A stretch of 64,000 nt of DNA from positions 799,971-863,970 of the forward strand of contig OZ252213.1 of the NCBI GenBank assembly GCA_965249045.1, written 5' to 3'. The position numbers were made by a program, and so were the translations under genes. Source of the stretch: Thermodesulfobacteriota bacterium (GTDB lineage: Bacteria > Desulfobacterota_D > UBA1144 > Nemesobacterales > Nemesobacteraceae). Positions 9,233 to 19,742 of this stretch are shown piece after piece. The notes under the pieces are model-generated. The model was given only the letters and a program-made list of their open reading frames with translations. It did not search any database and was not told where the DNA came from. Each line of letters opens with the position of its first letter. The stretch's first letter is position 1.

Positions 9233-9901
9233 ATGACCGCAAAACTTGAAAGGAGAAACATCGGAAGGGTTCTGGGAATACTGAGAAAGGAAGCCGCCGG
9301 ATGGAACGTTCCGGTGGTTACGCTTACGGCCGTTTCCTCAAAAAGTCCTTTCAGGGTTCTTATCTCCACCGTACTTAGCCTGAGAACCAAGGACGAGACC
9401 ACAGCCGAGGCCTCAGCGAGGCTCTTCCGCGAGGCTTCCACTCCGCACGCCATGCTTGAGCTGGGGGAAAAAAAGGTAAGGGAACTTATATATCCCGTCG
9501 GTTTTTACAGGGTAAAGGCGCAAAACATTATTGGGATATGTGAGAAACTGATAGACGAACATGACGGCCGGGTTCCGGACAGTATCGACGAGCTTTTAAA
9601 ATTCCGCGGTGTCGGGAGAAAAACGGCTAACCTGGTTCTTTCTCTCGGATATGGAAAACCAGCCATCTGCGTTGATATTCACGTGCACAGGATCTCGAAC
9701 AGGTGGGGCTACGTGAACACCAAAAGTCCTTATGAAACCGAGATGGCTCTTCAGGAGAAACTGCCGCGCAGATACTGGATAGAGTATAACTCCCTTCTGG
9801 TGGCTCTGGGACAGCAGATCTGCAGGCCCCTGTCTCCTCTTTGCAGCCGTTGTCCCGTAAGTGGTTACTGCCCGAGGACGGGAGTTTCCAGAAGCAGATA
9901 G
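9233..9901 (+). CDS. nth: Endonuclease III (HhH-GPD DNA glycosylase)
   Basis: GVGRKTAN HhH motif, VDIHVHRI, C-x6-C-x2-C-x5-C 4Fe-4S motif. Confidence 0.93.
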   Translation: MTAKLERRNIGRVLGILRKEAAGWNVPVVTLTAVSSKSPFRVLISTVLSLRTKDETTAEASARLFREASTPHAMLELGEKKVRELIYPVGFYRVKAQNIIGICEKLIDEHDGRVPDSIDELLKFRGVGRKTANLVLSLGYGKPAICVDIHVHRISNRWGYVNTKSPYETEMALQEKLPRRYWIEYNSLLVALGQQICRPLSPLCSRCPVSGYCPRTGVSRSR

Positions 9902-9975
9902 GGCCCCTCGCCGGGTTTGACTCTGCCCGCATTGTAAATATAATTCATTGCCAAACCTTTTTCCGGAAAACCCCA

Positions 9976-10485
9976 TTGTCTCATACTGTCCTTTTTTATA
10001 TTTTTTCTACGCTTGCCGTCTTGGGGGCTATTATGGTCGTCAGCCATAAAAACCCCGTTTCAAGCGCTATTTCGCTTGTTCTTACACTTTTTTCAACCGC
10101 TGTGCTTTTCGTTCTTCTCCACGCCCATTTCATCGCGGCGATACAGATACTGATTTACGCGGGAGCGATAATGGTGCTGTTTCTCTTTACAGTCATGTTT
10201 CTCAATATAAGGGACAGCGATCTGCGGTTTGACAGTATGAACAGACCGAAGAGGATGATGTTTCTTTTCCTTTTTCTTGTCGTTGTCGGATTTTTTGCCT
10301 CGAAGCTTTTTTTGTCTTCTCCGGTAGTTTTCTCGGAACTTCGGGACCCTGAGAATTTCGGTACCGTGGCTGAGGTGGGAAGGTCTCTTTTCAGTGACTA
10401 CCTGCTCGCGTTTGAACTTACCTCGGTTCTTGTGGTTATAGCCATGGTGGGTGTTCTGGTCATAGCCAAGGGGAAGGAATCATAA
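9976..10485 (+). CDS. nuoJ: NADH-quinone oxidoreductase subunit J
   Basis: KNPVSSA, QILIYAGAIMVLFLF, FELTSVL; start moved to TTG at 9976. Confidence 0.9.
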   Translation: MSHTVLFYIFSTLAVLGAIMVVSHKNPVSSAISLVLTLFSTAVLFVLLHAHFIAAIQILIYAGAIMVLFLFTVMFLNIRDSDLRFDSMNRPKRMMFLFLFLVVVGFFASKLFLSSPVVFSELRDPENFGTVAEVGRSLFSDYLLAFELTSVLVVIAMVGVLVIAKGKES

Positions 10486-10486
10486 G

Positions 10487-10792
10487 ATGGAAATCACGGT
10501 CACTCACTACGTAGTCCTGGCTTCCGTTCTCTTCGCTACAGGGGTTTACGGGGTAATTACCAGAAAAAATATACTTGTAGTTCTTATGTGCCTTGAGCTT
10601 ATGCTTAACTCCTGCAATCTGCTTTTCGTCGTTTTCTCAAGGCTGTATGAAGGCGCCACGGGACATGTGTTTGTTCTGATGTCGGTAACGGTGGCGGCGG
10701 CTGAGGTCGCGGTCGGCCTAGCGTTTGTCGTTTCGATTTACAGGCAGAAAGAGAGTCTTGACATCGATCTGCTGAAACTGCTTAGGGGTTAA
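10487..10792 (+). CDS. nuoK: NADH-quinone oxidoreductase subunit K
   Basis: LMCLELMLN, VAAAEVAVGLA. Confidence 0.95.
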   Translation: MEITVTHYVVLASVLFATGVYGVITRKNILVVLMCLELMLNSCNLLFVVFSRLYEGATGHVFVLMSVTVAAAEVAVGLAFVVSIYRQKESLDIDLLKLLRG

Positions 10793-10816
10793 TTTATTTT
10801 TCGGAGGTTTGCCTGA

Positions 10817-12802
10817 GTGCTGGCTTTAATAGTTCTTGCGCCGCTTGCGGGGGCAATTTTCAACGGGCTTTTCTTCGCCACCGGTCTTTGCGGAAAGCTT
10901 ACCGGAACCGCAAGACACACAAGTGACAGGATTGTGGGGACGGTGGCGTGCGCGGCAGTTTTGGTTTCAGCCCTTCTGTCCACGCGTCTTTTCCTCGACC
11001 TCCTTTCTCAGAGCCCAGCCGGAGCCGAGCCGATTACGGCTGAGCTTTTCACCTGGATGCTCTCGGGCACTCTTAACGTAAGTTTCGAGTTTTTGTTTGA
11101 TTCTCTATCCGCCGTAATGGCCCTTGTCGTGACGTGGGTCGGATTTTTAATCCATGTTTACTCGATCGGCTACATGCACCACGATCGCTGTTACGCACGA
11201 TATTTCACTTACCTTAACATTTTCGTTTTCTTCATGCTCGTTCTGGTCCTCGGCAACAACTTTCCAATGATGTTTATTGGATGGGAGGGAGTGGGTCTTG
11301 CCTCCTATCTGCTTATAGGATTCTGGTACGAAGACTCGTTTAGGGTGTACGCGGGAAGAAAGGCTTTTGTGGTCAACAGGATAGGGGACTTCGGATTTAT
11401 TCTCGGCATCTTACTTATTTTTACAGTGTTCGGTTCGCTTAACTACCAGGATGTTTTCTCCCAGCTTGGTGACCCGACTTTCGTTTCCGGGATTTCACAG
11501 TCGCTTATAACAGCGATGGCGCTTCTTCTGTTTGTGGGCGCCGTCGGAAAATCGGCGCAGTTTCCCCTTCACGTCTGGCTTCCGGACGCGATGGCGGGTC
11601 CGACTGCCGTGAGCGCCCTTATTCATGCCGCGACAATGGTCACCGCCGGGGTTTACATGGTAAGCCGCTGCTCGGCGCTTTTTGACCTGAGTCCCGTGGC
11701 TTCAAACGTCGTTTTGATCGTGGCAGCGTTCACAGCGTTTTTCGCCGCCACTATAGCCATCACCCAGAACGACATAAAGAAGGTGCTTGCTTACTCGACC
11801 GTCAGTCAGCTGGGTTACATGCTGATGGCTGCGGGAGCGGGAGCGTACGTGTTTTCGATATTTCATCTGGTTACCCACGCTTTTTTCAAGGCACTTCTTT
11901 TCCTCGGGGCGGGAAGCGTTATACACGCCATGGCCGGAGAGCAGGACATAAGAAAGATGGGTGGGCTTCGCGGAATGATTCCCGTAACGGCAGTTACGTT
12001 TCTTGTGGCGACGCTTGCGATTTCCGGGGTTCCTCTGCTCTCGGGATTCTTCAGCAAGGATGAGATACTGGCCTCGCTTTATAACGGCGGCCATACGTTT
12101 TTCTGGGTTGCGGGGCTTGTGACTGCGGTACTGACCGCTTTTTACATGACAAGGCTCTACGTGCTTACCTTTGAGGGGGCGGCGAGGATGGATTACAAGA
12201 CGAAAAGCCGCGTGCACGAATCCCCGGCCGTAATGACCATACCTCTTGTGGCTCTTGCCGTTCTGTCGGTTCTGGGAGGTCTTCTGGGAGTGCCGGAGTT
12301 TATCGGCGAGAGCGTGGGTTTTCATTACACGGGACTTATTGAGAAATTCCTTTCCTCTTCCGTAGTGGTCCACCACGGCGCGGAACATGCCTCTTCTCAC
12401 CATTTTGGTCACTGGACTCTTGTAGGATTTTCGGTGCTTGCCGCGTTTGCGGGAATAGCCGCCGGTGTTGCGGTTTATTACCGTGGGCTTAGGGAAACCG
12501 CCGTAATCCCTGGAGAAGCGGCCGCCACGGTCCAAAGAGGGTCTTACAATAAGTGGTACGTGGATGAAATCTATGATGCGGTTTTTGTATCTCCGTTTAA
12601 TTATGTCTCGGGACTGTTCTCCGATTTTGATCTCTCGGTAATCGATGGTGCGCTTAACGGACTGAGTGATTTACTAAGGGACCTCTCAAGACGGCTTAGC
12701 GTCCTTCAGTCCGGTCTGCTCAGATATTACGCGGCGGCTATGGTCGGCGGGGTTGTCGTAATAATCGTCCTTCTTTTCATCTACAACTCCATGGGTTCCT
12801 GA
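10817..12802 (+). CDS. nuoL: NADH-quinone oxidoreductase subunit L
   Basis: GWEGVG, NRIGD, GKSAQFPLHVWLPDAMAGPT, IKKVLAYST. Confidence 0.95.
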   Translation: MLALIVLAPLAGAIFNGLFFATGLCGKLTGTARHTSDRIVGTVACAAVLVSALLSTRLFLDLLSQSPAGAEPITAELFTWMLSGTLNVSFEFLFDSLSAVMALVVTWVGFLIHVYSIGYMHHDRCYARYFTYLNIFVFFMLVLVLGNNFPMMFIGWEGVGLASYLLIGFWYEDSFRVYAGRKAFVVNRIGDFGFILGILLIFTVFGSLNYQDVFSQLGDPTFVSGISQSLITAMALLLFVGAVGKSAQFPLHVWLPDAMAGPTAVSALIHAATMVTAGVYMVSRCSALFDLSPVASNVVLIVAAFTAFFAATIAITQNDIKKVLAYSTVSQLGYMLMAAGAGAYVFSIFHLVTHAFFKALLFLGAGSVIHAMAGEQDIRKMGGLRGMIPVTAVTFLVATLAISGVPLLSGFFSKDEILASLYNGGHTFFWVAGLVTAVLTAFYMTRLYVLTFEGAARMDYKTKSRVHESPAVMTIPLVALAVLSVLGGLLGVPEFIGESVGFHYTGLIEKFLSSSVVVHHGAEHASSHHFGHWTLVGFSVLAAFAGIAAGVAVYYRGLRETAVIPGEAAATVQRGSYNKWYVDEIYDAVFVSPFNYVSGLFSDFDLSVIDGALNGLSDLLRDLSRRLSVLQSGLLRYYAAAMVGGVVVIIVLLFIYNSMGS

Positions 12803-12874
12803 TTAGGACCTTTTTCCCCGAATGATAAGTACACCGCAATCTTATGTCTGGATGAATTTACTGATGGGGGTATT

Positions 12875-13414
12875 TTGGCTGAACTGATTGAAAAACTGTT
12901 GAGAAGGAAAAAACTGCTGGTAGCGGTTTTAATTGCTGTATCCATGCTCTATTTTCTACTTGGGCGTTATGATGTCTCGGCGACGAAGCCGCATCCAGCG
13001 ATTGTAAACAAGATTCTTCACGGTATTGCCGAGAGGTCGATAAAAAGAAACTCCGCGAGTCTCACAGTTCCCTACGACATCAATGACAAGAACATGTACG
13101 TGAAGGGTTTTAAGGAATACGAAGAGATGTGCGTTCAGTGTCATGGGGCTCCCGGTGTCGAGCCATCTTCAACCGGGAAGGGTCTTTTTCCAAAACCTCC
13201 CAGATTTCCTGAAGAAAAGCTGTCCGAGTATTCTCTGAAAGATATTTTTTGGGTCACAAAAAATGGGGTCAAAATGACGGGAATGCCCGCTTATGGACCC
13301 ACGCACGAAGACGAGACAATCTGGGCGATCGCCATATTTCTTGATAAATCGAGAGATTTACCCGAAGCGGAATATAAGGAGCTTAAGGATAAATATTCGG
13401 ATACGCATCATTGA
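12875..13414 (+). CDS. Membrane-anchored monoheme cytochrome c
   Basis: N-terminal TM segment, CVQCH, GVKMTGMPA (axial Met). Confidence 0.85.
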   Translation: MAELIEKLLRRKKLLVAVLIAVSMLYFLLGRYDVSATKPHPAIVNKILHGIAERSIKRNSASLTVPYDINDKNMYVKGFKEYEEMCVQCHGAPGVEPSSTGKGLFPKPPRFPEEKLSEYSLKDIFWVTKNGVKMTGMPAYGPTHEDETIWAIAIFLDKSRDLPEAEYKELKDKYSDTHH

Positions 13415-13554
13415 TGGTTTTAGTCTAAGGAAATGTTTAAGTCATTTAAAAAGTGTTTCTTTTTTCCTCGAGTTGACTTTGTCCGAATAATGGTAAAAGT
13501 TACCAATTAGTATAGTTGTTTTATGGATGTACAAAGTTTACAATACTTAAAGTT

Positions 13555-13974
13555 ATGCAGGTAAGCAGAACTCTTGATTACGCCGTCAGATGCCTTATCC
13601 ACATGGGAGGTCAGCCGGGGTTTAAGTTCAGCATGAAGCAGATATCCGAAACCCAGCACGTTCCGCAGAACTATCTGGCCAAAGTAATGAGAAGGCTTGT
13701 TAATCGCGGCATACTGAGGTCGAAGGTTGGTCCTGATGGTGGGTATATGCTTCGAAGATCCCCGCATGAGCTCAGTTTGAGAGAGGTTTACGAAGCCATA
13801 GAGGGAGAGATAAGGATAGTGGACTGCATGGACGACGATGGACCCTGTGCCCTTTATGAAAACTGCGGGCAGCTTCCTCTTTGGGATAAGCTCAAAGTGT
13901 CCATGACAAGGATTCTTGAGGACACCACTATCGGGGATATGGTTGATGAGATGCAGGGCGGCAAAAGTCATTAG
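13555..13974 (+). CDS. Rrf2 family regulator (IscR/SufR-like, three Cys)
   Basis: DYAVR, GPDGGY, CMDDDGPCALYENC; directly upstream of sufBCD. Confidence 0.9.
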   Translation: MQVSRTLDYAVRCLIHMGGQPGFKFSMKQISETQHVPQNYLAKVMRRLVNRGILRSKVGPDGGYMLRRSPHELSLREVYEAIEGEIRIVDCMDDDGPCALYENCGQLPLWDKLKVSMTRILEDTTIGDMVDEMQGGKSH

Positions 13975-13992
13975 CAGGAGGACATTTTCTTA

Positions 13993-15429
13993 ATGAGCGT
14001 TGATCTTGAAAAACTTGCACAAGAAGAATACAAATACGGATTCGTAACCGATGTCGAGCAGGAAATTGCTCCTAAGGGTCTCAATGAAGATGTTATCCGG
14101 ATGATCTCCTCGAAGAAAAATGAACCCGAATGGCTTCTTGGGTGGCGCCTAGGGGCATATGAGGGCTGGAAGAAGATGAAGGAGCCCCGGTGGGCCTTTC
14201 TAAGGTATCCGGACATAGATTTTAACGACATGAGTTATTACGCGGCGCCGAAAAGCAACCCGAGACCAAAAAGCCTTGATGAAATCGACCCGGAGATAAA
14301 GGAGACCTACGATAAGCTCGGGATTCCCCTTGAGGAGCAGAAGATGCTGGCGGGAGTTGCCGTCGACGCTATTTTCGACAGCGTTTCGGTCTTTACGACT
14401 TTTAAGGAAAAGCTTGCCGAGGAAGGGGTTATTTTCTGCTCAATATCCGAGGCCGTGGAGGAACATCCGGATCTCGTGCGCAAATACCTAGGTTCGGTCG
14501 TGCCCCGCGGGGATAATTTCTACGCGGCTTTGAATTCCGCGGTCTTTACCGACGGTTCTTTCGTCTACGTTCCCAAGGGAGTACGGTGTCCCATGGAGCT
14601 TTCTACCTATTTCCGCATAAACGCGGAGAACACCGGACAGTTCGAAAGAACGCTTATAATCGCCGATGAGGGCAGTTACGTCAGCTATCTTGAGGGTTGC
14701 ACGGCCCCGAAAAGGGACGACAGCCAGCTCCACGCCGCGGTGGTTGAACTCATAGCCCACGATGATGCCACCATAAAGTATTCGACGATACAGAACTGGT
14801 ACCCGGGAGACAAGCAGGGCAGGGGCGGAATATACAATTTCGTCACCAAACGAGGAAGATGTGCGGGCAGGAGTTCCAGGATTTCCTGGACGCAGGTTGA
14901 GACCGGTTCGGCGATCACATGGAAGTATCCGAGCTGCATTCTGGAAGGGGATAATTCGGTCGGGGAGTTCTACTCCGTCGCCCTTACAAACAGGCTTCAG
15001 CAGGCCGACACCGGAACCAAGATGATTCACGTGGGGAAAAACACGAGCAGCACGATTATCTCCAAGGGTATTTCCGCGGGCGAGGGACAGAATGTGTACA
15101 GAGGACTTGTTGAGATTGGCAAAAACGCCGAGAAGGCGAGAAATTACACGCAGTGCGACTCGATGCTTATAGGGGACTGCTGCGGAGCGCATACTTTTCC
15201 ATACATAGAGGTCAGAAATTCCACGGCTCACATGGAGCACGAGGCTTCTACCTCTAAAATAGGCGAGGACCAGATGTTTTACTGTCGCCAGAGAGGGCTT
15301 TCCGCCGAAGACGCGGTTTCGCTCATAGTGAACGGTTTCTGCAAGGAAGTTTTCAAGGAACTTCCGTTTGAATTTGCGGTTGAAGCTGAGAAACTGCTGA
15401 GCGTAAGTCTTGAGGGAAGCGTGGGTTAA
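13993..15429 (+). CDS. sufB: Fe-S cluster assembly protein SufB
   Basis: [34 protein letters not shown]-terminus. Confidence 0.97.
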   Translation: MSVDLEKLAQEEYKYGFVTDVEQEIAPKGLNEDVIRMISSKKNEPEWLLGWRLGAYEGWKKMKEPRWAFLRYPDIDFNDMSYYAAPKSNPRPKSLDEIDPEIKETYDKLGIPLEEQKMLAGVAVDAIFDSVSVFTTFKEKLAEEGVIFCSISEAVEEHPDLVRKYLGSVVPRGDNFYAALNSAVFTDGSFVYVPKGVRCPMELSTYFRINAENTGQFERTLIIADEGSYVSYLEGCTAPKRDDSQLHAAVVELIAHDDATIKYSTIQNWYPGDKQGRGGIYNFVTKRGRCAGRSSRISWTQVETGSAITWKYPSCILEGDNSVGEFYSVALTNRLQQADTGTKMIHVGKNTSSTIISKGISAGEGQNVYRGLVEIGKNAEKARNYTQCDSMLIGDCCGAHTFPYIEVRNSTAHMEHEASTSKIGEDQMFYCRQRGLSAEDAVSLIVNGFCKEVFKELPFEFAVEAEKLLSVSLEGSVG

Positions 15430-15479
15430 TAAAGGTTCTGCCGAAATTCTAAAAAAAAGATTTTTAGGAGGAGCGAAAC

Positions 15480-16214
15480 ATGCTCGAGGTGAAAAACCTG
15501 CATGTGCAGGTGGATGATAAAGAAATACTGAAAGGGGTAGATATCACGGTAGCGCCTGGAGAAGTTCACTCTATAATGGGTCCTAACGGTTCCGGGAAAA
15601 GCACTCTTGCCCAGGTTCTTGCGGGCAGGGAAACCTACGAGGTGACCGAAGGGGAAATAACTTTCCAGGGCAAGGATCTTCTTGATCTTGAGCCCGAGGA
15701 GAGGGCGTGCGAGGGGATATTCCTCGCTTTTCAGTACCCCGTTGAGATCCCGGGAGTTGCGAACACCTATCTTCTTCGCGCAGCCCTTAACGCAAAAAGA
15801 GAATATCGGGAAGAAAAACCGCTTAAGCACATTGAGTTCGCGAAGCTTGTCAGGGAGAAAATGAAATCGCTCGGTATTGGCGAGGATCTTCTTAAAAGAT
15901 CTGTAAACGCCGGGTTCTCGGGTGGAGAGAAGAAAAGAAACGAGATATTCCAGATGCAGATACTTGAACCCTCGTTGGCGGTGCTTGACGAGACGGATTC
16001 AGGTCTTGACATAGACGCGCTCAAGATAGTGGCAAAAGGGGTGAATTCCATGAGGAACGCCGAGCGTTCTTTTATAGTGATAACCCATTACCAGAGACTT
16101 CTTAACTATATAGTTCCTGATTTTGTCCACGTAATGGTCGATGGAAGAATTGTAAGATCGGGAGGAAAGGAACTTGCCCAGGAGCTTGAGGACAAAGGTT
16201 ACACGGGTTTTTAA
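15480..16214 (+). CDS. sufC: Fe-S cluster assembly ATPase SufC
   Basis: GPNGSGKS, AFQYPVEIPG, FSGGEKKRNE, LDETDSGLDIDA. Confidence 0.97.
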   Translation: MLEVKNLHVQVDDKEILKGVDITVAPGEVHSIMGPNGSGKSTLAQVLAGRETYEVTEGEITFQGKDLLDLEPEERACEGIFLAFQYPVEIPGVANTYLLRAALNAKREYREEKPLKHIEFAKLVREKMKSLGIGEDLLKRSVNAGFSGGEKKRNEIFQMQILEPSLAVLDETDSGLDIDALKIVAKGVNSMRNAERSFIVITHYQRLLNYIVPDFVHVMVDGRIVRSGGKELAQELEDKGYTGF

Positions 16215-16246
16215 GGCACCGGGTAACCGGCAAGGAGCATAATAAG

Positions 16247-17593
16247 ATGGCTATTGTTTTTGACGGTACGCGTGAAAGTTACGTCGACGGGCTCTCAGAA
16301 TTTCTCGATAGCGGGCGAAAAGATGTCCCCAGTTGGGTAGCCGACCTTCGCCGGGAGGCGATTTCGGGATTCGGGAAGCTCGGATTTCCGACGCTTCACG
16401 ATGAAGAGTGGAGATTCACCAACCTTGAAGTGCTTCGGAGAGGCTCCTTTTCAATTGCCGAGAATGGAATATCCGAGGTTTCTAAGAAAACCGTGGATTC
16501 TTACGGGTTCTCGGGGCTTGATTGCCTGCGGCTTGTTTTTGTAAACGGTCGTTTCGCTTCTTCCCTTTCAGACGCCGGGGATGCCGGGGAGGGGGTTCTG
16601 GTGAAAAGTCTATCGGAGGCGATCCGCGAGCACGGCGATCTAGTAAAGGATCACTTGGCGAGATACGCCGATTATGAAAAAGACGCTTTTATCTCCCTTA
16701 ATACATCCTATTTTGAGGACGGAGTATTTGTTTACGTTCCAGACGGGACCGTTTTCGAGAAACCCGTACATGTTCTTCACCTATCAACGGATGAAGGCCG
16801 TCCTTTATTCATAAACCCGAGAAACCTCATCATAGTCGGGCAAAGCTCGAGCGCCAAGGTCATTGAGCATTACGTATCGGTTTCCCAAAGCGTTTATTTT
16901 TCAAACGTTGTCACGGAGGTTGTCTGCGGGGAAAACGCGAACCTTGAGCATTACAGGCTTGAGTTTGAAAGCCAGAAGGCGTTTAATTTTTCCACCCTGA
17001 GGGTAAATCAGCAGAAAAACAGCAACATCACTTCTCACTCCATTCTCTCCGGAGGGGCCATAGTAAGGAATAACGTTCATCCCGTTTTGGCGGGAGAAGG
17101 ATGCAACTCCGATATTTACGGCCTTTTCATCTCCGAGGGACGCCAACATATGGATAACTTCATGCGTGTTGAGCACGCGAGCCCTCATTGCGATAGCCGC
17201 CAGTTCTATAACGGCGTGCTTGACGGCCGCTCAAAGGGAGTTTTTCATGGAAGAATACTGGTTCACGAAGGCGCCGAGAAAACGGACGCGAAGCAGACCA
17301 ACAGGAATCTTCTTCTCTCTGATACAGCCCAGATAGACACGAAGCCTCAGCTTGAGATATACAACGATGACGTTAAGTGCACTCATGGCGCCACGATCGG
17401 GCAGATGGATGAAGAAGCCCTTTTTTACTTGTGCTCAAGGGGGATCCCCATGAGAAAGGCAAAGATCATAATGCTCCGCGCCTTTACTAACGAAACTCTT
17501 GAGCATATGTCGATCGATTCCGTGAGGGAGGCTCTTGAGAGCAAGGTGATGGACTGGTTTGAGCGAAGGCTTGAAACCGGCAGCGGGAGATAA
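16247..17593 (+). CDS. sufD: Fe-S cluster assembly protein SufD
   Basis: EEWRFT, KPQLEIYNDDVKCTHGAT. Confidence 0.95.
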   Translation: MAIVFDGTRESYVDGLSEFLDSGRKDVPSWVADLRREAISGFGKLGFPTLHDEEWRFTNLEVLRRGSFSIAENGISEVSKKTVDSYGFSGLDCLRLVFVNGRFASSLSDAGDAGEGVLVKSLSEAIREHGDLVKDHLARYADYEKDAFISLNTSYFEDGVFVYVPDGTVFEKPVHVLHLSTDEGRPLFINPRNLIIVGQSSSAKVIEHYVSVSQSVYFSNVVTEVVCGENANLEHYRLEFESQKAFNFSTLRVNQQKNSNITSHSILSGGAIVRNNVHPVLAGEGCNSDIYGLFISEGRQHMDNFMRVEHASPHCDSRQFYNGVLDGRSKGVFHGRILVHEGAEKTDAKQTNRNLLLSDTAQIDTKPQLEIYNDDVKCTHGATIGQMDEEALFYLCSRGIPMRKAKIIMLRAFTNETLEHMSIDSVREALESKVMDWFERRLETGSGR

Positions 17594-17597
17594 CCTT

Positions 17598-17912
17598 ATG
17601 TCTGATTTCGAGAAAGTGGCGAAGGTTTCAGACGTGGCGGAAGGAGAAGTGGAATCTTTTTTCGTCGGCACTGAAGCAATTGCCATATGCAGGGTAGACG
17701 AAGATTTCTACGCTTTTCGGGATGAGTGCACTCACCAGTGTTTTCCTCTCTCAGACGGAGATCTTGACGGGGAACGCATCATCTGCTGTTACCACGGGGC
17801 TGAGTTCAACGTCAAAACCGGCGAAGTGCTCTGCCTTCCCGCGACTGAACCTCTTGAGACCTACCCGGTAAAAATTGACGGGGACGACATACTCGTCAAA
17901 CTCGATGACTGA
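17598..17912 (+). CDS. Rieske-type [2Fe-2S] ferredoxin
   Basis: CTH...CCYH Rieske motifs; start at ATG 17598. Confidence 0.9.
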   Translation: MSDFEKVAKVSDVAEGEVESFFVGTEAIAICRVDEDFYAFRDECTHQCFPLSDGDLDGERIICCYHGAEFNVKTGEVLCLPATEPLETYPVKIDGDDILVKLDD

Positions 17913-17929
17913 TCATCCCCGCCTTTTAA

Positions 17930-18355
17930 TTAACCCGCGGGTTTGAATTTGGGGAGTGTGACTTCATCTGTGACGTCATCGAACACCACCTGGACATCCA
18001 TACCGATGGACACTTCATGGGGATCAATGTCAACAACGTTAGACATCATCTTAACCCCTTCTTCCATCTCAATTAACGCAACCACGTAAGGGGGTTCCCC
18101 CTTGTAGGCCTTAGATGGTCCCATGTGATGTATGGAGAAGGTCCATACCTTCCCCCGTCCCTCACTCTCTACCCACTCTATGTCATCACTCATGTCCTCT
18201 CCCGGGGAAAGAGCTCTTGGGTAAAAGAAAAACTCTCCGGTCTCCCTTGATCTGGGGATAACCAGCCTGTGCTCCTTAGCCGCATCCCAAAAAGGCTTTG
18301 TCTCCGGGCGGAACTCAGGCAAAGGCTTGTTATATGCTTTTTTCTCTTCAGACAT
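17930..18355 (-). CDS. DUF35 / ChsH2-like OB-fold acyl-CoA-binding protein lacking Zn-ribbon cysteines
   Basis: PFWDAA, FFYPR, GRGKVWTFS, PYVVALIEMEEG, IGMDVQVVF; start ATG 18355. Confidence 0.85.
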   Translation of the reverse strand: MSEEKKAYNKPLPEFRPETKPFWDAAKEHRLVIPRSRETGEFFFYPRALSPGEDMSDDIEWVESEGRGKVWTFSIHHMGPSKAYKGEPPYVVALIEMEEGVKMMSNVVDIDPHEVSIGMDVQVVFDDVTDEVTLPKFKPAG

Positions 18356-18377
18356 CTTCTTATTCTCCTTGTTTGTG

Positions 18378-19589
18378 TTAATTAAGCGGCTGGTTGCCAA
18401 GAACCACCGTACTGTGAGCAGACACTATCCCGCCGTTTCCATGCACTACCGCCACTTCAGGGTTCTCTACCTGCCTCTTCCCAGCATCTCCTCTTAACTG
18501 AAGCGTAGCTTCCACCACATGATGCATAGCCCCCAGGTGAGCCTGCGAGAGCAGTCCCCCGTGGGTGTTAACGGGAAGATCCTTTCCTATCTCCATCCTT
18601 CCCTCAAGAGCAAACGCTCCCCCCTCTCCCTTGGGAACAAACCCCAGTCCCTCAAGCTCAAGAAGCACCGTTATGGTGAAGCAGTCATAAAGAAACGCTA
18701 TGTCAACGTCCCTTGGCTCTATCCCCGCAGTGCCGAAAGCCTTCTGCCCCGAGCGCTCAACAGCGTTGTATATCTGGTCAAGGTTCTCAAGGCTCGTCAG
18801 GTACTGGTGTGAGTATCCCTGTCCCATTCCCCAGAGGTACGCAAGATCGTTTGTTATTCCAAGCTCCTTTGCCTTGTCCTCTGTAGTGACTATAAAAGCC
18901 GCTCCCCCGTCTGAGATAACGGAGCAGTCATACTTGGTAAGAGGCTCCGCTATAACTCTTGACTCAAGTACGTCCTCTATTGAGAGAGGATCCTTGTTCA
19001 TGGCGTTTTCTTTATCGGCGGCGTGCTTTCTCATTGTTACCGCCACCGCTGCGAGATGCTCTCTGCGGCTACCCCAGTCATGGAGGTATCTCTGCGCCGC
19101 AAGCGCGTATCCCCCGGGAGTAGTGAGTCCGTAGGGGAACTCAAACTCAGCGTGGCACATCTCCCTTATAAGGGCCAGCATACCCGAAGAGGATATCCCC
19201 GAAAGTGTGTTGTCCCCTCTTACGCAAAGAACCACTTCTGCCTGTCCCGAAGTTATGGCCATGGCAGCCTCTGCCACCATCCACACAGCTGTCGCTCCCC
19301 CTACCGCTACTGAGGAGAAGAACCTTGGGTTCATCCCGAAGTAGTCGGCAAAGGTGGTGCAGTGCATAAAAGTGTGCTCCACCAGAGAGAACGCCGTCAC
19401 AAGACCGTCGACGTCGTCTTTCTTTAGTCCAGCGTCCTCAATAGCGAGCTTCGATGCTTCGCTCAGGAAATGAAAGGAGCTTTTATTAGGGATTTTACCC
19501 TGTTCTGTTTCGCCCACCCCGGCGATAACCACTTTTTTCTTCTTAAGAAGTTCTCGGGTCTCTTGTATGCCCGGAAGATTCTCTGACAT
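18378..19589 (-). CDS. Thiolase-fold SCP-x/Ltp2-like protein
   Basis: IAGVGET, CSVISDGGAA, YDCF, VNTHGGLLS; GGAT replaces the thiolase nucleophile Cys motif. Confidence 0.85.
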   Translation of the reverse strand: MSENLPGIQETRELLKKKKVVIAGVGETEQGKIPNKSSFHFLSEASKLAIEDAGLKKDDVDGLVTAFSLVEHTFMHCTTFADYFGMNPRFFSSVAVGGATAVWMVAEAAMAITSGQAEVVLCVRGDNTLSGISSSGMLALIREMCHAEFEFPYGLTTPGGYALAAQRYLHDWGSRREHLAAVAVTMRKHAADKENAMNKDPLSIEDVLESRVIAEPLTKYDCSVISDGGAAFIVTTEDKAKELGITNDLAYLWGMGQGYSHQYLTSLENLDQIYNAVERSGQKAFGTAGIEPRDVDIAFLYDCFTITVLLELEGLGFVPKGEGGAFALEGRMEIGKDLPVNTHGGLLSQAHLGAMHHVVEATLQLRGDAGKRQVENPEVAVVHGNGGIVSAHSTVVLGNQPLN

Positions 19590-19742
19590 TGTACTGCTTC
19601 CTCCTTAACTTAAACGCTTTAATAATTCAAAAATTCCGTATCATATTACTGTATTCATACCGCTTTTGCCAACCTTTACGGGCCGGATCCGCTCCGTGAA
19701 TCATTCTCTTTTTATCTACAAAGAAAGTATAATGTTTCGGAA

